Shown here one piece after another: positions 1 to 11,223 of a stretch of 35,656 nucleotides of DNA. How positions within the stretch are numbered: position 1 is the first letter of the stretch; every line of letters starts with the position of its first letter. The DNA lies in assembly GCF_011745625.1 (NCBI RefSeq), contig NW_027191524.1:1-35656 (forward strand), read 5' to 3'. The notes beneath the pieces were generated by a model, which was not told the DNA's origin, made no database searches, and worked only from the letters and a program-made list of their open reading frames with translations. A program made the translations under genes and the position numbers. This DNA is from Cladosporium halotolerans. Lineage: Eukaryota.

Positions 1-1829
1 AGGCGCTGGTGTTGGCAAGTACGTGCACTTATTCGGCTTTCTTTGCTCTTCAAATTGATGCTAACAATGACCCTGTCTATGACAAAGTCGAAAAGAAGTG
101 ACGCGCTTAGGTTTTTGGTCGATGTTCAGCGTGGTGTATGAACAACCCGCTATCTGCCGTGTGCTTTCTCGGATCGGTACAGCAGGAGGAGTTGTACACG
201 TTGGCGTGTACGACGTTGACAGACTTCTCTCATATGAGTTGTATAAAGCCCAAGGCTTGAACTTTGCCTACTTAACCTTGCATACGTGCGAAATTGTGAC
301 GTGTTCCTGCTCCAACAGGGCGTGTTGTCCAGTGAATTGCCCGCGTCGCATCGCTCTGAGTCATGCCTCACGTCACACAAGTACGCCCCTCGCATATGTT
401 GACCAGCATTTACGCACACATTGATATTGCTATCCCTGCTCTACAGCTGCCGGGTGGAGGGCCTACTGAAGTGGACTTGACGATTTAATGTATCAAAATG
501 CCACGTCACGTCTGTATTGCATGTCGATGGGACGTGCCCGGTCGCTTTAGCGAACCAGATTTCGGCAGTCCCTCGATCGATCAGATCTAGTATCTGGATC
601 TCAGCGATGACAGCGGCAACACGGTTCCGGACGTATTACCTCGTCTTAATAGGCCAGCGTCGCGTTTTGGTACTACCGTTTGTAACAATCGTGTAATTTG
701 CGAGAACAGAATTGAACTCATTTATCGGCCGGTCTTTCCCGTCAATCCACCATAGATCATCTCACATGCAACGCTTCACACTGTAGTTCTACTTTCGAAT
801 GCAGCGTCAGTACTCCGCGGTCCTCTGAAGATCAGTTCTAGGATCGAGTGCACACGAACTAAAACTGGGCTCGTGGAGTTGATGGCGGAGTTACCAGGAT
901 GTTCGTTTGTATACGTTCCAACCAAGTGAGAAACTCAGGCGGCCGCCCCGTCGGCAGGAGTCTCCGTACCGCAATTTTGAGCAGGGTGTAGATGAGGTAG
1001 TGTTTATCCAGACCTCATCAACGGCCTCTGGCTTCGTGCTAATTCCTGTCGTTTCGAGGATCGGTAAACGCTCTTGCATGCGTTGCTTCCAATGGCGTTA
1101 CTTCGAGCTGGCCCGCCATCGGGCTTCGTGCCATAGAGATTGGTTTTTATTACGTCGGGCTCCCCCAATTCCCAAGACCTCTTATGACACTTCTAGCAAC
1201 GTGATCCAGAGTTTACCGACTGTCCGGAACCATACATCTTAACAATATCTGTATCCTCTCGGCCGATCCGACCGAGATACTCCCACATCAATGCCTCCCG
1301 TATGCAAAGCTCTGAACGCAAAGCCGAACAAGATTAAAAGGTTCAGTACAAACCAATTTCGATGGAGTCTTGGAAAAGGATCTTCAGAGCATCTCTACAG
1401 AACCGGCCAATTGGGTTCAATGGCATTCAGCCACCGCGAATTCATGACTTTTGACGCCTTCATGCGAATAGGCCTGTTGCTTTGGATGCGAGTTGCCTCA
1501 AAACTATTATTTTCGGCTTTGATTGTCCGCTTTCTACTACTCGACGGAACTCACACTTCAGGACGATTCGAGGAATTGGTAGAAACTTCGTACTTACTTC
1601 ATATTGAATCACTCCTGTCCTTTCATCACAAAGCGCTTCTGTCGGACTCGCAAGAATCATGTTTCTGCTTTCGGAGTCGACCGCAATTCCGCGTGGACGA
1701 GTGAAAGTCGCAGGGCCGCCATGAGGACGTGGCATGAAGGCTCAACAGTCCAAAAAGAGATGATTCGGGGATCAATGCAACAAGGAAAAGTAAGGAGGGA
1801 GCAGGACTCACATAGCAAGTTTCTGCACA

Positions 1830-2370
1830 GCTTGGACGGTACCCAATGGCTTCTCTGAGAGAATGTGTGAGACTGCGCTTTTTCTTTGCCCGCGATGGCA
1901 TTACCAGCAGTAAATACGTCGTTGTGGGGTACAGTTGCACCTCCTACATTCGCCCCATTATGATATACTCCCAACTGCCCATCCACCATGGATCGGTAAG
2001 GCGTGCCCGAACCTTTACACAAGCCAGAAATCCTACTTTCCCTTCTGATCCATTCTAAACCGTTCTAAATAATGTTGACATTTCCGGAGCGCTTGCGTGC
2101 TTGAGTCGATCGTAAATCGTCGTCCAATCCCTGAGGTTCCTCTTCATTTGCTCGTAATCCGATTTGAGGGCGGCCAATCTTGACAAATTTGAGTCAGAGG
2201 CATGTGCACGGGCCACGTGCATGTGCTGTGCCGTTGCACTACAAAATGTGAGCTTTCTACATACATGGAGAGAAATTGTAGAGAAAGGCTTACCTTGCTT
2301 TTGCGCGTCCTACAAGCTCCGCAGGCTCCGAGCGCGATAATGCTTGAGTTTTGGCGTTTCTAGGCATCCA
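1830..2370 (-). pseudogene. Degenerate Zn(II)2Cys6 transcription factor relic (not in the ORF track)
   Basis: The minus strand reads KRQNSSIIALGACGACRTRKSK, then a 55-nt intron (2293..2239; GTAAGC...GCTCAC...TGTAG), then CNG. The rest of the cluster is scrambled. After a frameshift comes a coiled-coil-like segment SRLAALKSDYEQMKRNLRDWTTIYDRLK. There is an in-frame TAG at 2360-2362. Boundaries are approximate. Confidence 0.6.
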
Positions 2371-3743
2371 GTATATGCGAACCTATATCACCGATACATA
2401 TATGGTTGGTGCTTGATTCCTACAGATGCTGTTTACAAATAAGATTGATGCAAAAGCTGTGTAAAGAAGGGAAGCAGAAGAGCCAATGATATCCATGCAG
2501 TCTGGACAGCCGCGTAAGTAAGCATGCAATTGCAGGACCGGTATGTTCTGTCCCCCTCCGACAGAGCTGCGACGGGCCACTGTCGCACTAGCGATTGAAA
2601 GCTGTTGCACCTAGGCTGCATTTTCTTGCGACATAGGATCGGTCGACCGAGTTCAGACGCGGGGTTAGGCTTACCAAACAGCGTCCAATCAACCTCACGA
2701 TTGTTCGGGGAAAGGTGCTAGGTGCGACCCGCATGCAACATTCTCAATCATCGCTCCCAGAGATGCATGCAGACCAGAAATCGAGTCGCATGGGGCTCCT
2801 TGCATTTCGATCAACTGGGGCGCCTTCTAACTTGCCGCGCTCGTATGATGTAGAGAAGCCGGGCGACTACGTGGACCGAACATCATCACTTTCAGCTGCC
2901 GTCTTGGCATGTGCGGTGAAAGGGCTTGAACCCTGGTGCAAGTCTAGTGCTCAGCATTCCGAAGTCGAGGACCACTACAAGGCTTGTGGATAAGGGATGC
3001 CCGACCTCTTTCTTAGCGCGAATTATGAGAAAAGTGGTGACCGACTATGATTGCTTGGTCCACCTTTGCGGGTACGTCTAAAGATCACATAATTCTACAT
3101 CCACGCAAAGTCCAGGTTATAGGACCATAAAATCGTGTATTGCGGGTTAGAGTTCGAAGGGATTCCAACAATCAAGTGCCTAGGAATGATTCCAGGAATC
3201 GGCTTAGGGAACCGGGTGTACCGGGACGGGATGTCCACGCTTCGCTGACCTGTGGCTCCGAACCCGTAGGCTATCGGGTTACCTAAAGCGTACATGTAGC
3301 AAGTGACGTGCGTCAGAAGTTGTAAGCTTGAGATATGCTGGGCTCACGCGCAATGTGAACAGAATGTGCGTCATAAGGTCTCGGGCGTTCGACACTGGGT
3401 AAACAATCTGTGCAGTCGTTGAAGCACATCGCTTGTGTGTCGTGCAGAAGCTTCCAGTCTCTTTTTCCTAATCCCACACAATTCCTCCAACAGACACAGG
3501 TACCGCCTGCACATATCATTCGAAGATGCAGTCCACAGTTCAAACCCAATAGCTCGCAACCTCTACCGCTCTCGGACCTTGAATCACAGCTTCCATATCA
3601 CCTCAAGTCGGAACAACGCCCCGTTCTCCCACGTTTCGTCTCGGAGACGTGACTGTAATGCGCAATCTCGGAAATTATCCGAAGGAATATACAAGCCACT
3701 GTCCAAAAACCAAGCATTTAGTCGTCGTCACAAGTCTCTCCCA

Positions 3744-4586
3744 ATGCAGGGACCTCACAACGACAACCTCGCCAAACAGATATCCTCACAATTCGACCTG
3801 TCCAATCGCATGTATATCACCACCGGTGGTGCGCGCGGTCTGGGCCTTGCAATGGCCGAGTCGCTGGCCGAGGCCGGCGGCGAGGTTTACTGCTTCGATC
3901 ACAACGAGCAGCCGGATGGAGAATTCGCAGTCGTAAATGAGCAGCTGCAACGTGAGCCTGGCGCTGGCGCTCTTCATTACCGCCGTGTCGATGTCAATAA
4001 TGTTGATGAAGTCGACGCCGCAGTGGCAAGCATCGCCGACAAGAAGCGACGGCTCGACCGCCTGATAGCAGCTGCAGGCATTCTGCAAGTCTGTCCCTCA
4101 ATCGAATATCACGTGCAAGACGCCTGGCGCCTGCTCGACACTAACTTCATTGGCGTGCTGGAGACAGCTAACGCGTGCGCCAGGCAGATGTTCAAGTATC
4201 ATAGCCGCGGTAGCATGTGTCTGGTCGCCAGTATGAGCGGGCTAATTGCAAACAAAGGCATGCTATCACCGGTGTACAATGCCAGTAAAGCGGCTGTCAT
4301 TCAACTAGCGAGAAACCTCTCAATGGAATGGAGCAAAGTGCAGTCCAACGGGGAGGGTGGAATCCGCGTCAACGCATTGAGCCCTGGTCATGCCATAACT
4401 CCGATGGTGAGAAATGAGCTAGCGGCAACGCCTGGTCTACAAGAAGAGTGGGAAGCCGACAATATGATGGGGAGATTAGCTGATCCCTCGGAATTCAAGG
4501 GCGCCGCACTCTTCCTGCTCAGCAACGCGTCATCCTTCATGACGGGCAACAACCTGGTAGTTGACGGCGGGCATACTGCGTGGTAA
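3744..4586 (+). CDS. Short-chain dehydrogenase/reductase (classical SDR, polyol/sugar dehydrogenase-like), ~280 aa
   Basis: Rossmann motif TGGARGLG, AAAGI, catalytic Ser in VASMSG, YNASK (YxxxK), IRVNALSPG and C-terminal ASSFMTGNNLVVDGGHTAW. First in-frame ATG is at 3744. The frame stays open upstream to 3435 without an ATG. Confidence 0.92.
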   Translation: MQGPHNDNLAKQISSQFDLSNRMYITTGGARGLGLAMAESLAEAGGEVYCFDHNEQPDGEFAVVNEQLQREPGAGALHYRRVDVNNVDEVDAAVASIADKKRRLDRLIAAAGILQVCPSIEYHVQDAWRLLDTNFIGVLETANACARQMFKYHSRGSMCLVASMSGLIANKGMLSPVYNASKAAVIQLARNLSMEWSKVQSNGEGGIRVNALSPGHAITPMVRNELAATPGLQEEWEADNMMGRLADPSEFKGAALFLLSNASSFMTGNNLVVDGGHTAW

Positions 4587-4782
4587 AATGAGGGCTGTCT
4601 CATATCAGCCGTAGATGAAATGAACAAGAGTGCTGAAAATATTTGTTGGAAATACTTTGCATCAAGGTTTGTCTTTACGTCGTGAGTAGAGATAGAGAAC
4701 ATGCACAACGTTCAGAGCACTGATACGGTTTGGTAACATATTGAATGGTCGCTGGGCGTCTTTTGGTGCGCATCCAACCGGA

Positions 4783-4806
4783 AGTAGTAGTAGTAGTAGT
4801 AGTAGT
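4783..4806 (+). repeat. (AGT)8 microsatellite forming the LINE 3' tail
   Basis: Eight perfect AGT units directly abutting AATTTATT (AATAAATT on the element strand). Confidence 0.9.
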
Positions 4807-6077
4807 AATTTATTCCGCCCGGCGCTAAGCACCTGAAGGGCAACAGACTGTTTAGGCTACGTACACTGTGTTTCTCGTAATCATGAAGCGCATCAGAACT
4901 GAAGTTAACTCCCTTCTGGCAATACTTCTCATCCGCTGTGGCGCACATTCTTATTTCAAATTCTCGTGGTAGGTGGTTGGCGGGTCTTCTTGAAGCTATG
5001 TTTCCAAGTGTCCATCGTCCTTTCTCCAGCGGATGAAGCGGGGCCTGCCGTGTGCACGAGGGTGCGTGGGGGGTGGTGCGGTGTTTGATGGATGTGTGGG
5101 GATAAACGAGTACCCCGGGGTTATCGATGCTACTGACTTCGCGTCGTTGTCCGCCATCGTTCGTTGACGTCGTGCTCAAATCGCTTAGTTGCCAGGGTGA
5201 AATGGATGACAGCTCGCACCGCATCCATCTCCGGCTTCCAGTCACCGGCATCTGTACTTGACTTGCCGTCAAGCAGACGCGAAAGATTGTCCTCGCCTGC
5301 CCACGCTCTCAAAATCTTCCGCTGCTCGTTCCACCTCGCGCAGTGGAAAATGAAATGCTCCCTCGACTCTATTGTCTGGCCGCAATCGCAAACTGGTCTC
5401 TGATGCTTTGATCCTGCGTAGATAACCGTTCAGTGGTATCATGCCTGTGCGGAGCTGCGCGAGAACACTCGCTTGTCTCTTGCTGAGGCCGTCATACATG
5501 CGCCGGGTGTGGCTGCCAGGCCAGGCGGCGTCAGTTTTACGCACAGATTCACCGGACGTCGCCGACCCTTGCAAAGTTGCTCGCATCAAGCGTTCCTGGG
5601 CGTTCTGAACCGTCTTTTTGGTCAGTCTGATTCGATCTCGGGCTTCTCGTCCCTCGTCGGTGGACTGCTGAGCTAATTGCTTCGCCCGCTGTCCCAAATC
5701 GAAGAGCGAATGCACCGGAGCCCACGCGAAGATCACGCGGTTACCTGACTCTTCAGATGTTTCATACGCTTCCGAATGTTGCCTACGATTGCTTTTTGGA
5801 ACGTCTGTTGGGTGTTCGAAGTGTGGCTAGAGTGGTGCGATTGTTCGTGAACACGCGGATGATCCCGCCATTCGCTCGCGGTGACAATTCCCTCATGTCC
5901 ACATGCCTGGCAAGTATACCAGCTGCCACCTCGATGGAAGCTAGCGCAGCTGTGTATGCGTTTACCTGCGTGGGGGTGCCTATCGTTCTGTCGTACTTTT
6001 GTCGTTCGACGTCATTGCTTATCCAGCCAACACCCTCAATCACGCCACCGATGCCGACCTTGTGGTTTCTGGCCGAC
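4783..6077 (-). mobile_element. 5'-truncated Tad1-clade LINE fragment (RNase H-like region, C-terminus, 3' UTR, (ACT)8 tail)
   Basis: Peptides NAYTAALASI, IRVFTNNRTTL, ASVLAQLRTGMIPLNGYL and MDAVRAVIHFTLATKRFE align by eye with the LINE at 11.8-17.5 kb. Both end in ...GGGCGGAATAAATT. (AGT)8 lies on + at 4783-4806. Frameshifted. Confidence 0.9.
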
Positions 6078-7586
6078 AGTCTTGTGCTCATGGCCCGCCA
6101 GGCGCAGTGGAGGAACGTCTTGCGATCCGTGATAACAGGTCATTGCTAGAACAGCATGGTACAGAGCGGGGCGAGTCCAGTGCCAGCGGCCAGATCAACG
6201 TGCGCCATGGGTTCTCTGTGCGACGATCCACAATGGACAAAATGCCGCATGTAAACTGATCAAAACGAAGAGAGAGCATTTCTGGGCTGTCTTCAGCCAA
6301 CAATGGCTGGGATTACATAAAGCCCTGCCACTGGTTGTTTGCATCATTCGAGGTGGAGAGGATTTCGGGGATGACAAAGGAGCCATGTAGCGTGCCGCCC
6401 ATGCGAGTTGGGGATCCTTTATGGTCTGTCCTGTCCGCAACAGCTCTTCGATGTTGTCGTCGACGATGTCGTGGTCATCTGGTAACGGTCCGACATCCGG
6501 GGACTTATCGAGCGGAAGATGATAATCATCCGGCATCCGGAAGGGAACAAAATCGGGATCGTTGATGCTTACCTCGGCCGTTGGCGCGAGAACCTCGGTG
6601 AGAGTGGGTGACCCTCCGGCAAATGATCCGTAAGCAACCGCCCCATAGATGAAGAGCGGTTGAAGACTGTTCGAGGGCTGATGCTCGTGATCGGCACGCT
6701 TGCAGCATTTTTTTAAAAAGGGCGTTGCGGGTGCGCTATCAGACGTATGGCCTGCATCTGAGCTTCCCACGATAGGCGAGATGGTCCGACGTTCTTTAGG
6801 GCGTACTTCGACAACAGGGCGTCGTGGTGCCTGCCTCTGCGGTAGGCGCACAATGGCCAAATCCGCGTCCTTGGCGTCGACAGTACCCGTATCACTATCC
6901 CTTGACCGTCTTGGTGCCTTGTTGCTTTTTGAAAGTCTCCTCTGTGGAGGTGGTTCAACTTGTGAGTCTTTCCTTGTATCCTTTTGCGCAGCAATCTGTC
7001 GTGGTGGTGGTGAGGCTGAATATGTAGTCAGCATTAACCACCTGTATGTCTAGAAAAGACGGCCGCGTTCATAGATTGCCTCGCTTCTGACAATTAATGT
7101 TCACTTTAACGTTGGTCTCCTCAAACGGACGCCATTTGAACTCTTTCCTGTAACCGCCACACCCGACCTTGCGTTTCGCGCACTGCTGACATCCTGGTTT
7201 CTCTTCGCCGCATTTCAGTCGCTTGCCCTTACATGTAACGCACCCTACATAGTCACCCAATCAGTACAAGCCCGGCTCCTTGTCTTCGCACTTGCGGCGA
7301 GGCCCTGTTGAAGGTACCTTCAAAGAACACTGATAGATATACCGTTGCGACTCTTCGACTGTTTAGGCTTGGGCGCCCCGCCCGCAATAGTGGCGGCCGA
7401 TTGCTTGCGCGCCTGGGCCTTCTTGTTCGTCGTCAAGCTCTGCCTGCGCGCGTTTTTGGTCGCGGGCGGCTGTAGTGGGCTCGGGCTGGCTCACAGGAAG
7501 ACGGAGGGCGAGGGGATGTGAAAGTCATCAGCGATCAGTCTGTGCTTTCCGCTCGTGGCGGTGCGCAATCGCACGGATGCTGTCAT
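6078..7586 (-). pseudogene. Zn(II)2Cys6 transcription factor pseudogene (Fungal_trans_2-like), 3'-truncated at the LINE junction
   Basis: KPKQSKSRNG, intron 7342..7245 (GT-AG), then CVTCKGKRLKCGEEKPGCQQCAKRKVGCGGY. A second intron at 7079..7016 has a weak GC donor, a GCTGAC branch site and CAG acceptor. The middle domain reads DSPEMLSLRFDQFTCGILS..ENPWRTLIWPLALDSP/ALYHAVLAMTCYHG. There is an in-frame TGA at 7491-7493 and frameshifts at ~6315 and ~6170. Start position is uncertain. Confidence 0.85.
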
Positions 7587-8979
7587 TACATGGCAGGAGC
7601 CTCGACGCAAGGAAGCAGGCGATACTACGACTAAAGTGTAAGGTTCCTCCGTCACCGTCTGCCCTATCGCCCCGACATAAACTACCTCGCGGTAATGGTA
7701 CGTAAATACGCTTAGCACTATCGTATCCCTCCTAGCCAGCTATCAGCCGCCCGCGGTGGAGATGGCGCATACCACCGCCAATGGTCCCTGTGCAGACGCC
7801 ACTTCCTGCGGCATATGCGCTGATGACAAGCCATATTGCTTCTACTGCTTCCATGGTATTGCTCCCACGTGGCCAGCACTACGTCACGCGCTGATCTTGA
7901 CAGTGCCAGGTTGACCGGGTCACGATATCGGAGCACCGAGCACCGCATGAATGCCTTCGCTCCTCAGCCGCCTGTAGCCGAGATGAGGAGGGGGCAGCGA
8001 GAGGCAGCAGTGTGGAGGGAGGGACGCGAGGATAGTTCTAGCGTCGGCGCGGCGGACTACGCTCCGGCTCGCTGAATGCTGGTGGACTTGGCCCTGGTTC
8101 AGGGAATAATGCACACATTTTCGGTTCAAGCCCGTTCCAAGGGGATAGCGGACGAGACCTCAGACCTACGGGCTGAAGCTTTTGGTTGTATCGACGTGAA
8201 CAGAGTGTGCCGATGGTACAGCAGCTTTCTGCCAAGAATCCGTTGGTAATTCTGGATATCCGGCTGATGAGGGGAATGACGTGGAAAAGGGGGAGGAGAC
8301 TTCACTCCGCTGGACTACCAACCATCCAGACATCCAGGGTCCCAATAGATCCCTGGCAGAAAGCTGGGTGAACCGTTGCCCACCATAACTTTTCACCAGA
8401 CCGGAGCGTGGTCCGCCGCCCCGACGCTAATCAATCAAGTTTATTCTCAATTCATATCGGATGTCGTTCCGACGGTAATCATTGCATCATTCGGCAGCTT
8501 TGAGCCCATTGGCGCAGACCCGACTTGTGCTGGCTCTTGGCCGGATCGTCTGAGTCACTTCTTATCGCCGGGTTGTGTTGTTGTTCGTGATGAATGTTAG
8601 TAAATTACCGCTCGCGTCTGATCTCTTCTTAAAGTTGGATATCTCTGATTTTCATATCAGCTAATCTACAGCAATCTCATCAGTCAATCAACCTTGATGC
8701 TGGGTCAAACGCGACCGCTAAAGCAAGAATATTCGCGAATCATCGAGTTCCTACGCGAACCTACATTGCCAGCGATACCGAGCCCGGCCTGCTCTATGCA
8801 CTCCCTACGATTTTCCATCGTGCCAAAAATAACCCTGGAGTCATCTAATCTACAAGGGGTTTAGGACTCGGTCCACCCAAGGAATCGATTTGTATTCTTT
8901 CAAGATAGGCTAGGCAGGCAACGGAAATTCTGCGCTCTCATCACACTCTTTCTCTAGACAGCGGCATCCGGCAGCCCGT

Positions 8980-9662
8980 ATGCCGTGGGACCACAACGAC
9001 GTGGAGCAATGGGTTTCGGCCACCATCGAAGACGGTCGAATCCCGCACAATCCAGCTCGCATGCTACTGGCCGCAGTTCGCTCCAGGTCTACGCTAGTTG
9101 CTTTGTGCCCAGTCTGCCCGGATGCGACAATGTTCGCTGATTCGAGTTTGGCTTCTACATTTTTCGATACTTTCCAGCAAGAGATAAAGTTCGACAGACT
9201 TGAAGTTCTTATTGTGCGATCACCTTGCAGCACTCACGACGACGGACAAGGAGGATTTCTATCACTCGAAGATAGGGAACTGTTCGGGCAGCATGCGAAG
9301 TATTTTGCAAGATTCGCGAACAAAGTCACAATCCTAAAGACTGGAACGACAAGTCTTCAGCTACATGGAGTCACCCGACAGAAGCTGCTGGCAAGTCGCC
9401 AACAGCTCTGCGCCTGCTGTGTAGAAATTGCAAGTGACTGTGAATCGATTGATATCGTTAGGGGAAAGAACCCTCAGTTGGGCGCAATTAAGAAGCGGGT
9501 CAACGTACGTGTGCCTTAGATCTGGTAGTGACCCGCTTACGTCCGTAGCGTTCAGCTCAAGCACGTGAAAAGGACGTCTCTGCCGCCCAAGATGCCCAAT
9601 ACTATTCTCCAACGCTTCTACCCTTTGGTTTGATGACGCCTCTGAGCTATCGTCAGCCATAA
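8980..9662 (+). CDS. Hypothetical protein, possibly two exons
   Basis: 179-codon ATG ORF 8980-9519. A possible 44-nt intron at 9505..9548 (GTACGT...GCTTAC...GTAG) would extend the frame to TAA at 9660-9662. No family recognised. Confidence 0.35.
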
Positions 9663-10360
9663 TAGGACGAATTCATTCCTTCTGGTCGCTTTACATCTGT
9701 GTTGCACGGGCCACGATTGGAAACAACATTTTCACTTCAACTATGCTGTACCCTCGAGTGGCTCCTGGGAAAAGATGTCACACAGCATCGCTCAGGCACT
9801 TGACGTCTCGTATACAGATTCAATTCAATCCAACAATCTATTATTCAGTATACAGATTCAATTTGAAGATGGATCTTTACGAGTCTTGGTAAAAAGGACT
9901 CACGTGGACCGGTGGTTTGTTCTAGACAAAAGGTCATCTTACATCAATTGTTATTTTTTGATGTGGAGCTGTCTCCATCGTCAGGGCTATCTGTATCGTA
10001 CCCGTCGCCAGGTATACCCTTGTCGTTGCCAATCTTTCAAACACTCGCCTTTTTCGACAACATTCCCACACGGTTGGCTGCATGATCACGTGGTTGTCCT
10101 CCTCATCCCGCGCGGAAACTTGGCTCATTGGCAGCACTCATCGGCATAGCACTGGACAATCGATGGCTATCTGCCATAGTCGCGGTTAAATAGACATCAT
10201 TCTATCAACTCGCACAATCTGCCTATAAGCCTCGCTATCTATGTAGAGTTGGTTCTTGCAATACCCACACCTAGTGTCAGCCTCTTCCGTGTCGAAATTC
10301 AACAAGAATTCATTGCCAGCTACACCTTCCCACACGCCTCAAGTTCTCTCCATGCAGAGA

Positions 10361-11223
10361 TCACGTGGGCAGAAATTTTGGAACACCACGCTTCACACCA
10401 GGTTCGCCCAAACCAGGAATGACAAGTGGGGCACGCTTCTCCATGGGCGTCCGGCCAATTGGGAAGAACTTGGTGATTGCATGGCCAGGTCCGTATGCCT
10501 CCTCCACTAGGTATACAGTCACGCGCCACCAAGCTAGAAGAGCCGCGAGCATCCAGAAATAAGACGCGGCTTTGATGCCCATAGTCACGCCGCCAGATTC
10601 GCCGTCGCCAGAGCCTGAGCTCTCTGACGTTCCGCCGTTGTAAGAGAAGAGACAACAGGCGATCGTGCTACCAATGGCAAGGGAGGTAAGGCACGCCGTG
10701 AGCACGATGTCACGGGCGGAGGCTGCGAGTGCGCTCGACCAGGTGAAGACGCAAAGGACGACGAACCAGGAAGCCAGTTCAGGGAAGTGCGTATGCACCG
10801 AATGCGGCTCGAGCGCGCCTGCAGCCTGTGAGAGTGTTTTAGCAGGCTAAAGCGCTGGAAGGAAAAATGGACTCCGCTACGTACCACGAAGGCGTACAAG
10901 ATGCCTATCGCTATCCAGAAGCTACCCCACAAGGTATTGATGACCGTGACCAGCGTGTCGCGCGCCTGGAAACCATAGATACCGGCTATGAATTGCGCCA
11001 GACCTCCGAAGATTCCCACGAAGGGAAAGAAGATCGTGGGTGACTCCGGGCCACCCCACCAGTCCGCGATGTAGCTGCTGGTGATCCAAGTCGAGCCCGC
11101 GAAGCCTGCCAGACCAAGGGCGGCTGGCGGTGCGATAGGTTTGAGGAAGATTTGGACGTTCGGCGTCGACTGTAGGATGTGCTGTCGCTTGTCATCGTGT
11201 CTAGCATCGCTTTCCACGGACAT
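10361..11223 (-). CDS. GPR1/FUN34/YaaH (Ady2/SatP) family membrane transporter, 267 aa, exons 11223-10885 and 10825-10361
   Basis: Signature variant IAPPAALGLAGF, plus FGGLAQFIAG and WGSFW, and about six hydrophobic segments. A 59-nt GT-AG intron (10884..10826; GTACGT...GCTAAA...CACAG) joins the two ORF-track pieces in frame. Confidence 0.9.

Noticed and set aside
1..424. Possible gene tail with an intron (GTACGT...GCTAAC...AAG, ~19-87)
   Set aside because: The splice signals are plausible, but no reading frame gives a recognisable protein and the 5' part is outside the window.
2700..3400. Short ORFs and GGATTCC/GGAAT motifs suggesting a relic gene or TE
   Set aside because: No motif, TIR or consistent frame could be established.
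7700..8600. Cys-containing and GC-rich short ORFs
   Set aside because: They are fragmentary with no recognisable domain.
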